A stretch of DNA of 64,000 bases. Origin: Eledone cirrhosa. Taxonomy: Eukaryota. The stretch is from contig OZ024743.1 of NCBI GenBank assembly GCA_964016885.1, positions 36,642,001 through 36,706,000 of the forward strand, in the 5' to 3' direction. The notes beneath the pieces were generated by a model that did no database searches, had not been told where the DNA came from, and saw nothing but the letters and a program-made list of their open reading frames with translations. Both the position numbers and the translations under genes were made by a program. Every line of letters starts with the position of its first letter. Positions within the stretch are counted from its first letter, which is position 1. Below are positions 1 through 13,899 of this stretch, in pieces.

Positions 1-361
1 ATCAGCGAAGATTCTTATGTTGCTGTGTTTGATGATGTCAGTAATGTCATTAATGTAGATGATGAAAAGAAATGGGCCTAACACAGTGCCTTGTGGGACG
101 CCACTGCTGACTTTGGCAGGGCTTGACTTTACTCCTTCGACTACAACATGTTGGGTTCTGTCTGTGAGGAAACATTTGATCCACTGTAGTAGCTTTCCAG
201 AGACACCAATATTGGGTATTCTTTTTCAGTAGAATCTTATGATGAACCCTGTCAAAGGCCTTGCTGAAATCAAGATAGATGACATCAGTGTTGGAGCTCT
301 CTCCCAAGGCTCTCAAAACATCGTTAAAGTGATGCAGGAGCTGCGTTAGGCAGTCCCTTCC
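1..361 (-). pseudogene. Non-LTR retrotransposon reverse transcriptase fragment (CR1/L2/Jockey-group), frameshifted
   Basis: Minus strand reads [25 protein letters not shown] and, after a frameshift, [27 protein letters not shown] (RT motifs). It runs off the window edge and abuts (TA)n at 362. Confidence 0.85.
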
Positions 362-373
362 ATATATATATAT

Positions 374-422
<49 letters not shown>

Positions 423-514
423 TTTATACGTCTGTATACATATATTATGTAATATATATATGTGTGTGTGTGTGCGTGTGTGTGCGTATGTGTGTATGTA
501 TGTATACGTCCATA

Positions 515-610
<96 letters not shown>

Positions 611-641
611 TATATATGCATATGTATATATATATATTTAC

Positions 642-672
<31 letters not shown>

Positions 673-735
673 TATAATCAAGGTTTAGCAAATAAGATAA
701 AGTTTCAAAATAAATTTTTAAAAATTAACTTTACT

Positions 736-780
<45 letters not shown>

Positions 781-830
781 CATATGTATAGTAATTGTAT
801 ATATACCTATATATATATAGTGTCATTTCT
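362..830. repeat. (TA)n/(TG)n microsatellite block
   Basis: Direct inspection; source of the spurious YI/CV ORFs. Confidence 0.95.
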
Positions 831-904
831 ATAATATGAAGAGTGTGTTTAACTCCAACACACTCTAGTATTTCAATTCTTATATATATATATATATATA
901 TATA

Positions 905-1075
905 CAAGTGGAAGCTTAGTAAAATCGGAGCTTTGGCTGTGGCCAAGCAAAGCCGACATACAATAAGGAATGAGTAGCAAAGCACTCAATCGGGGTAGGT
1001 CCTTAGAGTAATAACATTACGGTAGGCAAAACCCAACCATACAATACCAAAAACAACGAAAGAACTAATCAGGAG
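905..1075. repeat. Dispersed repeat between (TA)n tracts, related to 21051-21190
   Basis: Both start right after (TA)n and share ttagta..gagctttgg/gaagctctgg..gccaagc..tagagt(a/t)ataacattacg. Confidence 0.45.
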
Positions 1076-1114
1076 GTATATATACATATATATATATATA
1101 TACACCCACATACA

Positions 1115-1185
<71 letters not shown>

Positions 1186-1340
1186 ATATACTGTATATAT
1201 ATGTATATATACAGATATATGTATATATATAAATATTTCCAAGAGATGTTAACATGAATGGACCTATCATTTTTATCTAAAGACATTTTTTTCCAATTCC
1301 ATCCCGCCCGTCGCCTCAGTCTATCTTATTTCTCATTCTT

Positions 1341-1378
1341 TCTTTCTGATGAAGCACTAGCGTCCGAAACGTCAAGAC
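1341..1378 (+). ncRNA. Minimal/degenerate type I hammerhead ribozyme motif
   Basis: CTGATGA at 1346-1352, then GAAAC-GTC (palindromic ACGT stem III). Stem I is only 3 bp (ttt/aag) and stem II is weak. Confidence 0.45.
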
Positions 1379-1540
1379 CCTCTTCCTGCTATATCAAGCG
1401 TTAACCTAATATATCCCTTCCATATACGGTATACGATTGTGTTGTTATTCCTGTTTACCTTTTACATGTATATAAATATCTATCTATATATTTATGTATA
1501 TATATATATATATACATATATGTGCATTTACATATATGTG

Positions 1541-1587
<47 letters not shown>

Positions 1588-1634
1588 TGGTGTGTGTGTA
1601 TGTGTGTATAAATACATATATATATATATATTTA

Positions 1635-1697
<63 letters not shown>

Positions 1698-1762
1698 GTG
1701 AGGGTTTTTTTTACAAAATGAAAAACAACCGAGATGTCCTACACGAGTGAAAGTATAAAGAA

Positions 1763-2037
1763 AAAAAGATGAAATCGAAAATGCAAATGTAGTCTTATTT
1801 TTTTTTTAAATATATATATTTATTTGGTTCCTTTACCAGTTTCGCAGTTCTTCTGCTTTGCAAAAGTAGAGTTGAGATGGAAGGTCTGTGGTTTTTCTCA
1901 CATATGAGAAAAACCACAGACCCTCCATCTCAACTCACCTTTTGAAAAGTAGAAGAACTGCGAAACCGGTAAAGGAACCAAATAAATATATATATTTTTT
2001 TTAAAAATAAGACTCCAGTTGCATTTTCGATTTCATC

Positions 2038-2042
<5 letters not shown>
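1763..2042. repeat. ~280 bp imperfect fold-back palindrome ending in (TA)n, with a degenerate hammerhead motif in each arm
   Basis: Arms are reverse-complementary around ctca-cata-tgag (~1902). The right arm has cctt-TTGAAAA-gtag..ctgc-GAAA-ccgg-TA-aagg (1938-1975), then aataaa. Confidence 0.8.
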
Positions 2043-2120
<78 letters not shown>

Positions 2121-2128
<8 letters not shown>

Positions 2129-2450
2129 AGATCAAAAGATGGTTAAAGGAGTTCAATGTATTTTATTATGCGCATTTCAAAAACAAACATCATCATGCAA
2201 TAATATTTGTGTTTTCATCAGATAAAACAGGAGAACATGATATGAAGGCTAAAAAACACTTGTGGATAGTGCAGTTTTAAATCAACATATCATAAACTGC
2301 ACTATCCACAAGTGTTTTTTAGCCTTCATATCATGTTCTCCTGTTTTATCTGATGAAAACACAAATATTATTGCATGATGATGTTTGTTTTTGAAATGCG
2401 CATAATAAAATACATTGAACTCCTTTAACCATCTTTTGATCTTATATTAT
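2121..2450. repeat. ~330 bp near-perfect fold-back palindrome next to (TA)n (putative Penelope-like pLTR inverted pair)
   Basis: 2121-2277 is the reverse complement of 2294-2450, with a 16-nt spacer. Confidence 0.9.
2344..2410 (+). ncRNA. Type I hammerhead ribozyme (mirror copy on the minus strand at ~2161-2227)
   Basis: Stem I ttttat/ataaaa, core CTGATGA 2350-2356, stem II aaacacaaa..tttgtttt, GAAA 2393-2396, stem III with palindromic GCGC loop, predicted cleavage after AUA at 2404. Confidence 0.75.
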
Positions 2451-2536
2451 GCATACTCCAGTCCTACAAACTGTAGAGTGCTTCTTATCCGATATCTGCA
2501 TTGCTTTATTGTACTACAATAAAACTCACCTCCTAC

Positions 2537-3430
<894 letters not shown>

Positions 3431-3580
3431 TGCATATATGTGCATGCAATCATGCATACATACATGTGAACATAAATACGCATTAAAACAGTATGAGAAA
3501 GGCATGAGACACTCAGAGAGGGGGGTGGGGTAAAGAAAAAATGAAAAAAGTAGAAACCAATATATTGAATATATATATAT

Positions 3581-3615
<35 letters not shown>

Positions 3616-3679
3616 CATATATATATATATATATATATATACTTGAAAAATTGTTAGGTGGATGATTGCCGAATAAAGA

Positions 3680-3720
3680 GAGAGAGGAAGAGGGAGAGAC
3701 GGGGATAGATAGATGGATAG

Positions 3721-3798
<78 letters not shown>

Positions 3799-3940
3799 AG
3801 GATAAGGGTGAGTGAGAGAAAGAGAGAGAGAGAGATTGAAAAATAAGAGTGAGTGAGAGAAAGGGAGAGAGAGAGAGAACGGGAGAGAGAGGGGGAGAGG
3901 GGGGGTGAGATTGAAGGATAAGAGTGAGTGAAAGAGAGAA

Positions 3941-4001
<61 letters not shown>

Positions 4002-4072
4002 GAGAGAGAGAGGGGGGAGATTGAAGGATAAGAGTGAGAGAGAGAGAGAGAGAGAGAGGGGGAGATTGAAGG

Positions 4073-4116
<44 letters not shown>

Positions 4117-4419
4117 TCGGTGTAAAGTTTGTGTGATGTAGCTGAGGTTGTATTTTGAATGGATGAAAAGCTGAGTCTGTTTAGGAAGTGTAACGGAAGC
4201 ATTGCATGGCGTCATACCATCAAGACGTCATAAAGAAATACTGTTTGGACTACTGACATCAAAGCACTCTCTCTTGCCGCCTACCCACCCCCTCTCTCTC
4301 GCTCTTTATCTCTTTGTCTCTCTCTCTCTCTCTTTGTCTTTCTGTCTCTCTCTCTTTTTCTTTCTCTCTCTCTCTTTCTATCTCTCTCTCTCTTTCTCCC
4401 TCTCTTTTCTCTTCTCTCG

Positions 4420-4461
<42 letters not shown>

Positions 4462-4726
4462 CTCTCTCTCTTTCTCGCTCTTTCTTTCTCCTCTCTCTCT
4501 TTCTCACTCTCTCTTTCTCCTTCTCTCTCTATTTCTCTCTTGCTTTTTTTTATCTCTCTCTCTTTGTCTTTCTTCATGTTTATCTCTCTCTCTTTCATTC
4601 TCTCTCTCTCCCTCCCTCTCGTTCTCTCGTTCTCTCTCTCTTTATTCTCAGACTTTTCCCCTTTCTCTATCTCTGACTTACTCTCTCACTTTATCTCCCT
4701 CTTTTTCTTTTTTAAACTCTTAGTCT

Positions 4727-4775
<49 letters not shown>

Positions 4776-5200
4776 GTGTTTATGTATCTTTTTCTTTGTG
4801 CGTGTGTATGTATGTATGTGTATGTATATATCTATGTGTCTGTGTGTATGTATGTGTGTGTGTGTGTATGTGTGTGTGTGTGTATGTGTTTGTGTGTGTG
4901 TGTGCGTGCGTGTTTGTGTATATATACACTCGTCTCCCTCTCTTTTTTCTCTCCTTCATAACTTTTCTTCCTATTTTCCCTTTCTCTCCTTCTTTTTCCC
5001 TTCACCATTTGCTCCTTCTCTCTTTTCCTTTTTCTATCTATCCTCCCCCCTCTCTCACTCTATCTATCTACCAATCAATGTATCTATTTATCTATCTCTT
5101 TTACCCCTCTCTCTCTCCCTCTCTCTATCTATCTATCTATCAATCTATCTATTTATCTAACCCTTTGTTTCCTTCCCTCCCTCTCTCTCTCTCTATTTAA
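3680..5200. repeat. (GA)n/(TC)n/(TG)n low-complexity region including ~60-bp GA-rich units with gagattgaaggataagag
   Basis: Direct inspection; the motif recurs at ~3835, 3908, 4018 and 4063. Confidence 0.9.
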
Positions 5201-5859
5201 CTACCTAACAACCTATCTGACTAACTATATGTCTCTCTCTATCTTTTACTCTCTTGCTCCTCTCCATGTCTTTGTTTCTCTCATACAACTCTCTTTCTAT
5301 TTCTTATACCACTTTAACCTTATGCCCCCCTCCCCCACGCCCTTTCTTATTTAGTTTTTCTCCTCCTCTTCAACTTTTCTTTTTCTTATCTTCTTTTGTT
5401 TCCTTCTCTTACATGTCTTTCCTTTCTACTTTCTCTCTTCTTTCTTCTTTTGTTTTCTCTTTTTCTTCCCTCTTCACTATTTATTCTTTCTTTCTCTTTA
5501 TCTTTCTCATTGATACTCTATTTCTCCCATGTCTTCATCCGATCCTGACTGACTCATCCTTCTCTTTTTCTTACTACTTCTTCTTAGTCACAGCAAAAAT
5601 AAGGGGAAGCAACCGACAACGTTGTTTCTCGCTTGTTGGCAGTTGTCAAAGCTGTAAATCCACCTAGTTTCCGCTGAGACAAAAATAAACTAGAATCTGA
5701 TAGATTTCTCGCCTATGTATATGAGCTGATGAAGCTCATTTGTATACGAAGCAGTAGCCGGAAATACTTAAATTTAAAACAATTAGTAATGGTTCTCCAA
5801 CATAGCATTATACACATATATGTACCTGTTGCATACAGGATGTTTGTGAAAAACATTAG

Positions 5860-6075
5860 TGTATGTGTGGCGACGCATTGTGTCATTGAGCAAGATATTG
5901 TATTTCACGTTGCTCCAGTTTACTCAACCGTAGAATTGAGTTGCGACGTTACTGGTGCCAAGTTGCAACGGCCATTGCCTTTCGCTTGGACACCATCGGT
6001 GGCGTTAAGAGGGGAGACTGGTATGGTTGAGCGACTGCTGGTCTTCCACAAAACAACTTTGCCCAGACTTATACA
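5860..6075 (+). mobile_element. Degenerate CORE-type SINE fragment
   Basis: tgtgtcattgagcaagatattgtatttcacgttgctccagtttactca resembles the CORE-SINE core (tgtgtccttgagcaagacactt). Confidence 0.5.
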
Positions 6076-6094
6076 CACACACACATACACACAC

Positions 6095-6139
<45 letters not shown>

Positions 6140-6171
6140 TATATATATACAAATAATGAATCAAAACACAT

Positions 6172-6284
6172 AAAATATATTTAAAATGTTGTGTTACTCA
6201 ATAAGCAAGCTGAATAGACAATATCAAAATTGACATTGTCTATTGAGCTTGCTTAACGAGAAACACAAAATTCTAAACATATTT
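6172..6284. repeat. Degenerate ~110 bp palindrome between (TA)n tracts
   Basis: taagcaagctgaatagacaat..attgtctattgagcttgctta with complementary outer flanks. Confidence 0.65.
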
Positions 6285-6317
6285 GATATTATATATACAT
6301 GTATCTTTTTTGTTTGG

Positions 6318-6469
<152 letters not shown>

Positions 6470-6501
6470 ACACGGGTGTGTATGATTGTGTATAGATGAT
6501 T

Positions 6502-6883
6502 ATATTAATAAGAGGAATTCCAACTTTGTCTGATTTACTCGTTTTATTTACAATCCTTTAAAATTTATAATGGTATTATAATGAAATAGTATGGTAGAAT
6601 ATTAAATGTTAAATGTTAATTGAACAAGTACTTTCATTCTTTCGCAATCTTCAGGTTAATATTCAGTGGTGACAGTTAAGTTTGCAATTTTCAACTGTTG
6701 AAAATTGCAAACTTAACTGTCACCACTGAATATTAACCTGAAGATTGCGAAAGAATGAAAGTACTTGTTCAATTAACATTTAACATTTAATATTCTATCA
6801 TACTATTTCATTATAATACCATTATAAATTTTAAAGGATTGTAAATAAAACGAGTAAATCAGACAAAGTTGGAATTCCTCTTA

Positions 6884-6890
<7 letters not shown>
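6502..6890. repeat. ~390 bp near-perfect palindrome ending in (TA)n, with a hammerhead-like motif in each arm
   Basis: Arms are symmetric about T6696 (ttttcaac-t-gttgaaaa). Right arm reads aac-CTGAAGA(6738)-ttgcgaaagaat-GAAA-gtac-TT-gtt. Confidence 0.9.
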
Positions 6891-6921
<31 letters not shown>

Positions 6922-6927
6922 CATACA

Positions 6928-6993
<66 letters not shown>

Positions 6994-7029
6994 ATTACAT
7001 AAATGGAAAACTATATTTATAAAACCATA

Positions 7030-7096
7030 TTTATTTCATTATATATATTTCGGGGATATCATATTAACAATATGCTATGCCTTCATCAGACAAAAT
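7030..7096 (-). ncRNA. Degenerate hammerhead-like motif adjacent to (TA)n
   Basis: Minus strand: ttttgt-CTGATGA-agg..catattgttaatatg..ccc-GAAA-tatata.., followed by aataaa. Stem I is imperfect. Confidence 0.4.
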
Positions 7097-7463
7097 ACAA
7101 TATAAACAGTTTTATAGATAAATATATTCGACATACCGTAATAAACATCAACTTCATTTGAAGAGGTTCACTCTAGCAGTGAAAATACAGAGAGAAAGAA
7201 AGAGAGAGAGAAAAGAGGGAAATAAGAAAGAAAGAAAGACGAAACGAAGAAAAGGAAGAAAAAGAAGAAAAAGAAGAAATGCATGGGACAAAATAGAGAG
7301 ATGGAAAAAATAGATAAAGCGAAGAGCTTCATGTAAAGAGACCGAAAGAGATATATATATATATAGAGAGAGAGAGGAAATAGAGATAGATACATATATA
7401 AATATAGATATAGAAAAATTAGGTAGTGGGAGGTCATTTTGAGTAAGTGTATCAATGATGCAT

Positions 7464-7498
<35 letters not shown>

Positions 7499-8177
7499 GC
7501 TCAAGTATTAATGTAAGGGAGATATAGAGAGATATAGAGAGATATAGAGAGAGAAAAATTTAAAAATAGCCAGACATATTCGAGGCGTAGAAAACCCTAT
7601 GTTTTAATGTATTAGTATTTATAAAACTTACACTATATTGTAAATATCAGTATTCCTGAATGAAACAAGTATTCACAATGCGTGAAAATTCATTATCTTA
7701 TGTTTAGTTTTTAAAAAAAAAATTCATATGTCTATGTGAATCCAACTGATTCACTCCGCAAATTCAAAGTTACCGGAAAACATTCTCAATGTGGTATAAA
7801 CATTTGAGCGTATTATTATTCTTGCGATTACTCTACAAGATTATCTATCAAGCAGAAATAGAGAGCAGATTTCAATATACTAATCGAAAATATATATTAT
7901 ATTATAAGCAGAGATAACAATAATAATGATAATAAGTAAAAATATATAAAAATATATAAAAATATAAAAATATAGAATAGAAAACTAAAAAAGAATATTA
8001 CGAAAGAATATTACATAATAAAAATATTGCATATTAAAAATACTACGTATTAAAAATATTACGTATTAAAACTTTACATATAAAAATATTAAAAATAAAA
8101 ATAAAATAAAATAAAAAAAAAATAAAATAAAAATATAAAAATATTATAGAATACTACAATACTAAAAGAAATAACTT

Positions 8178-8210
<33 letters not shown>

Positions 8211-8214
<4 letters not shown>

Positions 8215-8402
8215 GTTTCTACTTTTGGCACAAGGCCACCAATTATCCCAGTACATTACTGGTACTTTATTTTATCAACCCCGTAAGGATGAAAGACAAA
8301 GTTAACCTCGGCGGGATTTGAACTCAGATCATAAAGGGCCGTAACTCTTTGCTGCAAAGCATGGCGTCCGACCCTCTACCAATACTGCCAATCGACCGCC
8401 CT
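8211..8402 (-). mobile_element. tRNA-derived SINE (family 1, Nin/Deu-like central domain)
   Basis: Minus strand has an A box (tggcagtattgg), a B box (gttcaaatcc), a ttcatccttacggggttgataaaataaagtaccagt domain and a 3' end gtagaaacaatt. Multiple copies occur in the window. Confidence 0.85.
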
Positions 8403-9104
8403 TGATGATATGATGGCGATGACTTCGATACGAAGCTACATAAAGTTTAGGTCTTTTTCGCCTTCTGTTACACTGACGCTGGTGACTGATGTGACCTATC
8501 CGAAAACAGGTCACATCGGCTGCGGGGAAATATCTATGTTGTGCTTGGCTCCGCTCTAATACAGCCCTTTCGTCATGCTCTCCTCTTCCAGGCTGACACG
8601 ATGGTTTTGCTAAAATGTAGCTCAAAGCATTGCGATCAACAATCTGAGTGTGCTGGCTTGTCTAAAAAATTATTAGACAGGTTTTCCAGTACTCCTCGCT
8701 ATATTGTTATCTTTTGCTCTGGTAGCGGCTCGTTTGTCCACCCCTTTCGCTTGCCTTGTGTTGTATGTGGTCCTAGATATGTGAATTACCTGCTTGTGTA
8801 TTTTTTCTTTTGCTTTTTTCCATTCCTTTTCCTTTATAGCAGAAAAACCACACTCGGGTGGTTTTCTGCTAGCATGTGTAGTGTGTATATTGATACTATA
8901 AACAAATATATATGCATGTACATATGATACATAAAATAAAATCGTAATTGACAATATACACAGAAATTGAACGAAGTCTATGTTACACTGTCTTCTGTAA
9001 TCAGTAAAGTAATCCATGATACATTTAAAAAAAGACGATATTATATATAAACTGCATTAGGAGAAAATTAGCGACGGAAATAAGTGTTATAATATAACGG
9101 CCGC

Positions 9105-9527
9105 TAACCGGAAGTGTTGCCATTTGAAAATTTTAAAGAAGTGAATCTTTAAATAAGCTATAAAATATATTTAAATAAGCTATAAAATATATTTAATCAA
9201 TGGCCTCGAAATTTAGCACATAAATTATGTAATATTCATTCATTATTCATTCAAAGTAAAGGGCGGGGAATTTGCAGTATCGGTAGAGGCTCGGACATGC
9301 TTTCCAGCATAGTTACGTCCCTTTATGATCTGAGTTCAAATCCCGCCGAGGTTAACTTTGCCTTTCATCCATACGGGGTCAATAAAATAAAGTACCAGTA
9401 ATGTACTGGGTAATTGCTGGCCTTGTGCCAAAAGTAGAAACAATTATTTATTCAAACTAATCCAACTTATTTTACAAACGGGGTAAAAAAATATATTCTG
9501 GACGCAGTCCCGCACTCCTTTCTTTAA
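9105..9527. repeat. Dispersed repeat (possible TTAA-ended MITE end) interrupted by a SINE; paralog at 10577-10781
   Basis: accggaagt..aaagtgaatct..acataaattatgtaatattca..tccaacttatttta..ctttaa occurs at both loci. Confidence 0.6.
9260..9445 (+). mobile_element. tRNA-derived SINE (family 1) with ~18-bp target site duplication
   Basis: A and B boxes present. Flanked by attattcattcaaagtaa (9242-9259) and attatttattcaaactaa (9443-9460). Confidence 0.85.
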
Positions 9528-9540
9528 TATAGTTAAGATT

Positions 9541-10059
9541 ATACTAGCCGAATTACCCGCGCCTTGCTGCGTTTCACACATTTTTTTGTAAGAAATGGTG
9601 ATTGATTTTAAATCAGTGATATAATTTTTGGAGAAAAACTGCATTTCAATATCACTCAATGTAAAATGTAATACATGAAAAATTGGAAAACATTTTTTTT
9701 TTTTTTTGTAATATATCAAATCAAAATTACATTATTAAATCTTATTATATTTTGTTTCTTGTAAATATTTATTTTTCAAAATATCAATTCAAAACTTTTG
9801 TGTATAGGCATCATATCTTGTCATTTACCTATGGTTTAAATTTCATATAAATTGAAGGGAAACAATTTTCAGCGGGGGTTTGTGCCCCTCGAGGTACCCT
9901 TTGGTTAAAATGAAATATACTTATCTAAGTACCCTGGGCAATGTAGTTTCAGAATATATATGGTTATGGGGATCTAATTCCAAAACCATAGGAGGAGTTC
10001 GTGAACAAACAAACAAACAAACAAACCGACAGGAACTACAACTTTATATATATATAGAT
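9541..10059 (+). mobile_element. Putative non-autonomous Helitron/Helentron-like element
   Basis: 5' atactagc..tacccgcgcc, subterminal (aaac)n tract and 3' tttatatatatatagat, an architecture typical of Lep1/DINE-like elements. Confidence 0.45.
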
Positions 10060-10273
10060 TTTTTTTATCTTTTCATTCTGTAAACATTATATTATTATAT
10101 TTTTTACACAACTCTGAATAAACCTGTAACAACAAAGGAGTTTTAAAAAAAGTTAAACTGTGTTGATAAGAATAAATAAATAAAAAGTTTAACCTTCATT
10201 TCACCCTCCCAAATTCATCGAACGCTGCTATCATGCTGTGTGTGATTGTATGTGTATGTGTGTGTTCGTGTAA

Positions 10274-10364
<91 letters not shown>

Positions 10365-10407
10365 TATATATGTATTTGCGTGAAAGTATGTGTATTTGTG
10401 TGAAAAA

Positions 10408-10472
<65 letters not shown>

Positions 10473-10576
10473 ATGTGTGTGTGTGTGTGTATCACATAGT
10501 CACTCTCTCAGCATTTCTCTTTCTTTCTCGCTCTGTCTATATATATATGGTAGTTGAAGTGGTGGTGGTGACGATA

Positions 10577-10781
10577 TACCGGAAGTATTGAAATTTGAAA
10601 CTTTTTAAAAAAGTGAATCTTGAAATAAGCAATAAAATTATTTATGTTTAATCAAGTGTTACGAAATGTAGTACATAAATTATGTAATATTCATTTATTA
10701 TTTATTCAAAGTAATCCAACTTATTTTACTAACGGGATAAAAAAATATATAAACAGGACAGTCTTACACTTCTCCCTTTAA
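10577..10781. repeat. Paralog of the 9105-9527 repeat lacking the SINE (empty site)
   Basis: Single copy of attatttattcaaagtaa joined directly to tccaac; ends ccctttaa. Confidence 0.6.
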
Positions 10782-12733
10782 ACTGAAGTTTGTGTTTGAT
10801 TTAAATAGCGTCTGATTATAGATCTCTATATGGAAAGAAGGATGAATAGTCAATTAGCCGTGAAACATGTAAAAGCAATCTTTTGATTTTCTGTATACAA
10901 AGAGAATAACATTTTTTCATATTTGTTTATATGTTTACAGTGAGGCTTATAAACTGTACATTAATTTCATATGAATTATACATACATACACACACAACCA
11001 TACATGCGCATTGATAAATTCATGCATATAGAGATAGATGAATCTACACGAGATTCTACTGCAGCTATAAATACTTTGTAATCTGTTCTGTTTGAAAGTT
11101 TTGTCTATAGAAGTCAATAAAACATTTCATGAATTAAACCGCGATTTAAACTCACTAGTTTCTTAGGTTATTTTAACTTCAACTTAATTCACTAAAAGCT
11201 CCAATCATTGATATGGAATATGAAATACGACCCGAAAGATTCAATGTAATACCAACAAGCTCGTGGGGCACCGCTTGCTTTTAACCATTATTGTTTTAAG
11301 GAGTGGACACACTGGGGGTCCATCGGATCTTAGAGCCTAATGTGTGTAAGCTGTAGTTGCGTATTGGTCAAAGGCTTAGTATAAGGCTACGTTTATACAC
11401 ACTACACAGTATACGGCTACATTCGAAAGAACTAGCAACTCTTATCTATGACGCCGATCAAATACTGTTTCAGCAGAAAATTTCGAAATTATTCTCAGTA
11501 TCTTATGTACTATGAAGTCATTTGTAGTCTAAATTCTAAATACCACTTTCATTTGGCGGGCCAATGAGGTCAAATTGTGAGACAAGCCCGCAGCTCGCAA
11601 ACAACTGATCAGGAAGTTTGTGAAATAATACTGAATTGACTAATGAAAAGCGAAATACTGATAAAGGATATTAGAATAGGCCGTGATAACGTAATCGACA
11701 AACAGCGCCAGAGGCAACACTTAATTAGCTTGTGAAAAGCGATAACATAACAATGAAAAAAAAAACATAAATTAAAAAAATAAAAGCAAACCAAAACAAA
11801 TGACATCTTGGATATAATAGCGACGAAAAGGACAACAACCAATGATTAACAAATGAAACGACGACAACAGTAAGCAGTGCTTTAATAAAGCAGTTTAGTG
11901 AACGAGTGATGGGACCAATAGCCATGCACAAAAGAAACAACCAGCTTCTATGCATATAAAACAAGCTTAGAATACCACAAGAAATAATTAGCTTGATGAT
12001 CGCAGTGACCTGAAACTAGGAACGGGAAAATAAAATTCAATATATTAATTTTGAAGATAGTTCCTTGTTTGAAGTGAAATTAGAACAAATTTTCATGTAA
12101 CTCATATAACTAAAATATCTGTTGTAATATAACATGAAAAGATTACCATGAAAACTACAAGTATAACACTCCGACAAATGATGACACTATACCGTCAGCA
12201 TGAGACTGTACACCAGAAATATTCCCCTGAGTCAACATATACAGTGTTGCAGAGGACGAACCTTGCTAGATTCCGAGGTCAGAACAGCAATGTGTGTGGA
12301 TATGTATGTTAGAACTAAATACAAACCGAAATTAAATTCGTTGTACATCAGCTAACATACGACACTGAATCCAGTTCATATTGAAACCAGAGTTGTGACA
12401 CGTGTTATGACAACATAAACACCAGCAAAAATATAACCAGTTGCGTCCTTTGTTATTGGAAGGATATAAGCGGCTCATAACGACACATGTTAAAAAATAC
12501 ATAATATCAGCACAGATATAATATTGAAAATGAAACTTTGTAAATCTACCCAGTGCTAAAACCAGTCAGTAAAAAAAGACAAACTAGATAACCATGATTC
12601 TTTCTTCAGGCCCCTCCCCAATCTCTTGTAAAAAACACATAGTATATCTTATTTTGTATGAACTAATTTCGTCGCTCTGTAAAATGCCATGTATATGTAG
12701 AAGAACATTAGGTGTATATTCAACTATTATTTT

Positions 12734-12819
<86 letters not shown>

Positions 12820-13014
12820 ATAACGAAGGGAGTGTGGTAAGGAACCAGATGGACCATAACGCACCAGAGTACTCAATACTTAGGGTAGTAGAGTGGGTAT
12901 ATATATATAGGAAAAGAGTCAGGACTCTTTTCCTATTACCCACTCTACTACCCAGTATCGAGTACTCTGGTGCGTTATGGTCCATCTGGTTCCTTACCAC
13001 ACTTCCTTCGTTAT
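12820..13014. repeat. ~195 bp fold-back palindrome embedded in (TA)n; same family as 21357-21545
   Basis: Arms are symmetric about gaaaagagtc-ag-gactcttttc (12911-12932). Confidence 0.9.
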
Positions 13015-13031
13015 ATATATATATATATATA

Positions 13032-13077
13032 TTGTCAGATGACCCTGTGACAAACAGGCGAAACTCCAGAGTAACAA
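13032..13077 (+). ncRNA. Type I hammerhead-like motif (core variant CAGAUGA) starting at (TA)n
   Basis: Stem I ttgt/acaa, stem II cctgt/acagg, GAAA, stem III ctc/gag, GUA cleavage triplet. Confidence 0.6.
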
Positions 13078-13161
13078 GGCTCACTATTTAGCCTTACTAA
13101 ATAGAATATTAAAACTTTACTTCCGTATTGAGTACTCTTTTCTCTCAGCAGTCAACTAAAT

Positions 13162-13215
<54 letters not shown>

Positions 13216-13447
13216 AGAGAGAGAGAGAGGGGGGGAAGGAGGGAAGAGATATGGCAAAGTGAGAAAAGCGATAGAGAAAAAGAGAGGAAGCATAAACTTA
13301 ACTATTAAACAGACCACCACACCGCAACATCCTTCACTTCACGCCATTTCTAATTCTCCAGACTATCTTAAATAATATATTATCTCAAAAGTCAAGCACT
13401 CCTTCACATATACAAACACACACACGTATACATACATACATACATAA

Positions 13448-13554
<107 letters not shown>

Positions 13555-13899
13555 ACACATGTATGTACGTCCCTTGCAATGACTCTAATACACTTGACAG
13601 TCAACCCCGTGGACGTGCCACACCATACAAGTAAAATGAAATGTCATGGTGTTTGTGGTGGGGAGGATGTCTGTCTATGTTGAGAAGGGGAGTAGAGGTA
13701 CTTGGCAAATATTTGGGTTACAATCACCGACACTATATACCGCCATTAATGGATCCTCCACCGGTTTCGACGAGGAGCAACTCATGAATTAACGTGTAAA
13801 TGGCTGAGTTTTCTACATTCACCTCTACTCTTAACGTAAATCCCAAGTCGAATCAACATGTTACAATGCTGGACCTTTGAATTACAACTACAATCCATC

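Noticed and set aside
8485-8872. Small hairpins (ctgatgtgacct/aggtcacatcgg at ~8487-8520; agcagaaaaaccac/gtggttttctgct at ~8838-8870)
   Set aside because: Isolated stems with no ribozyme core or recognisable RNA family.
11551-11570. tttggcgggccaat, resembling an E2F site next to a CCAAT box in microsatellite-free sequence
   Set aside because: Short motif expected by chance, with no supportable exon or gene nearby.
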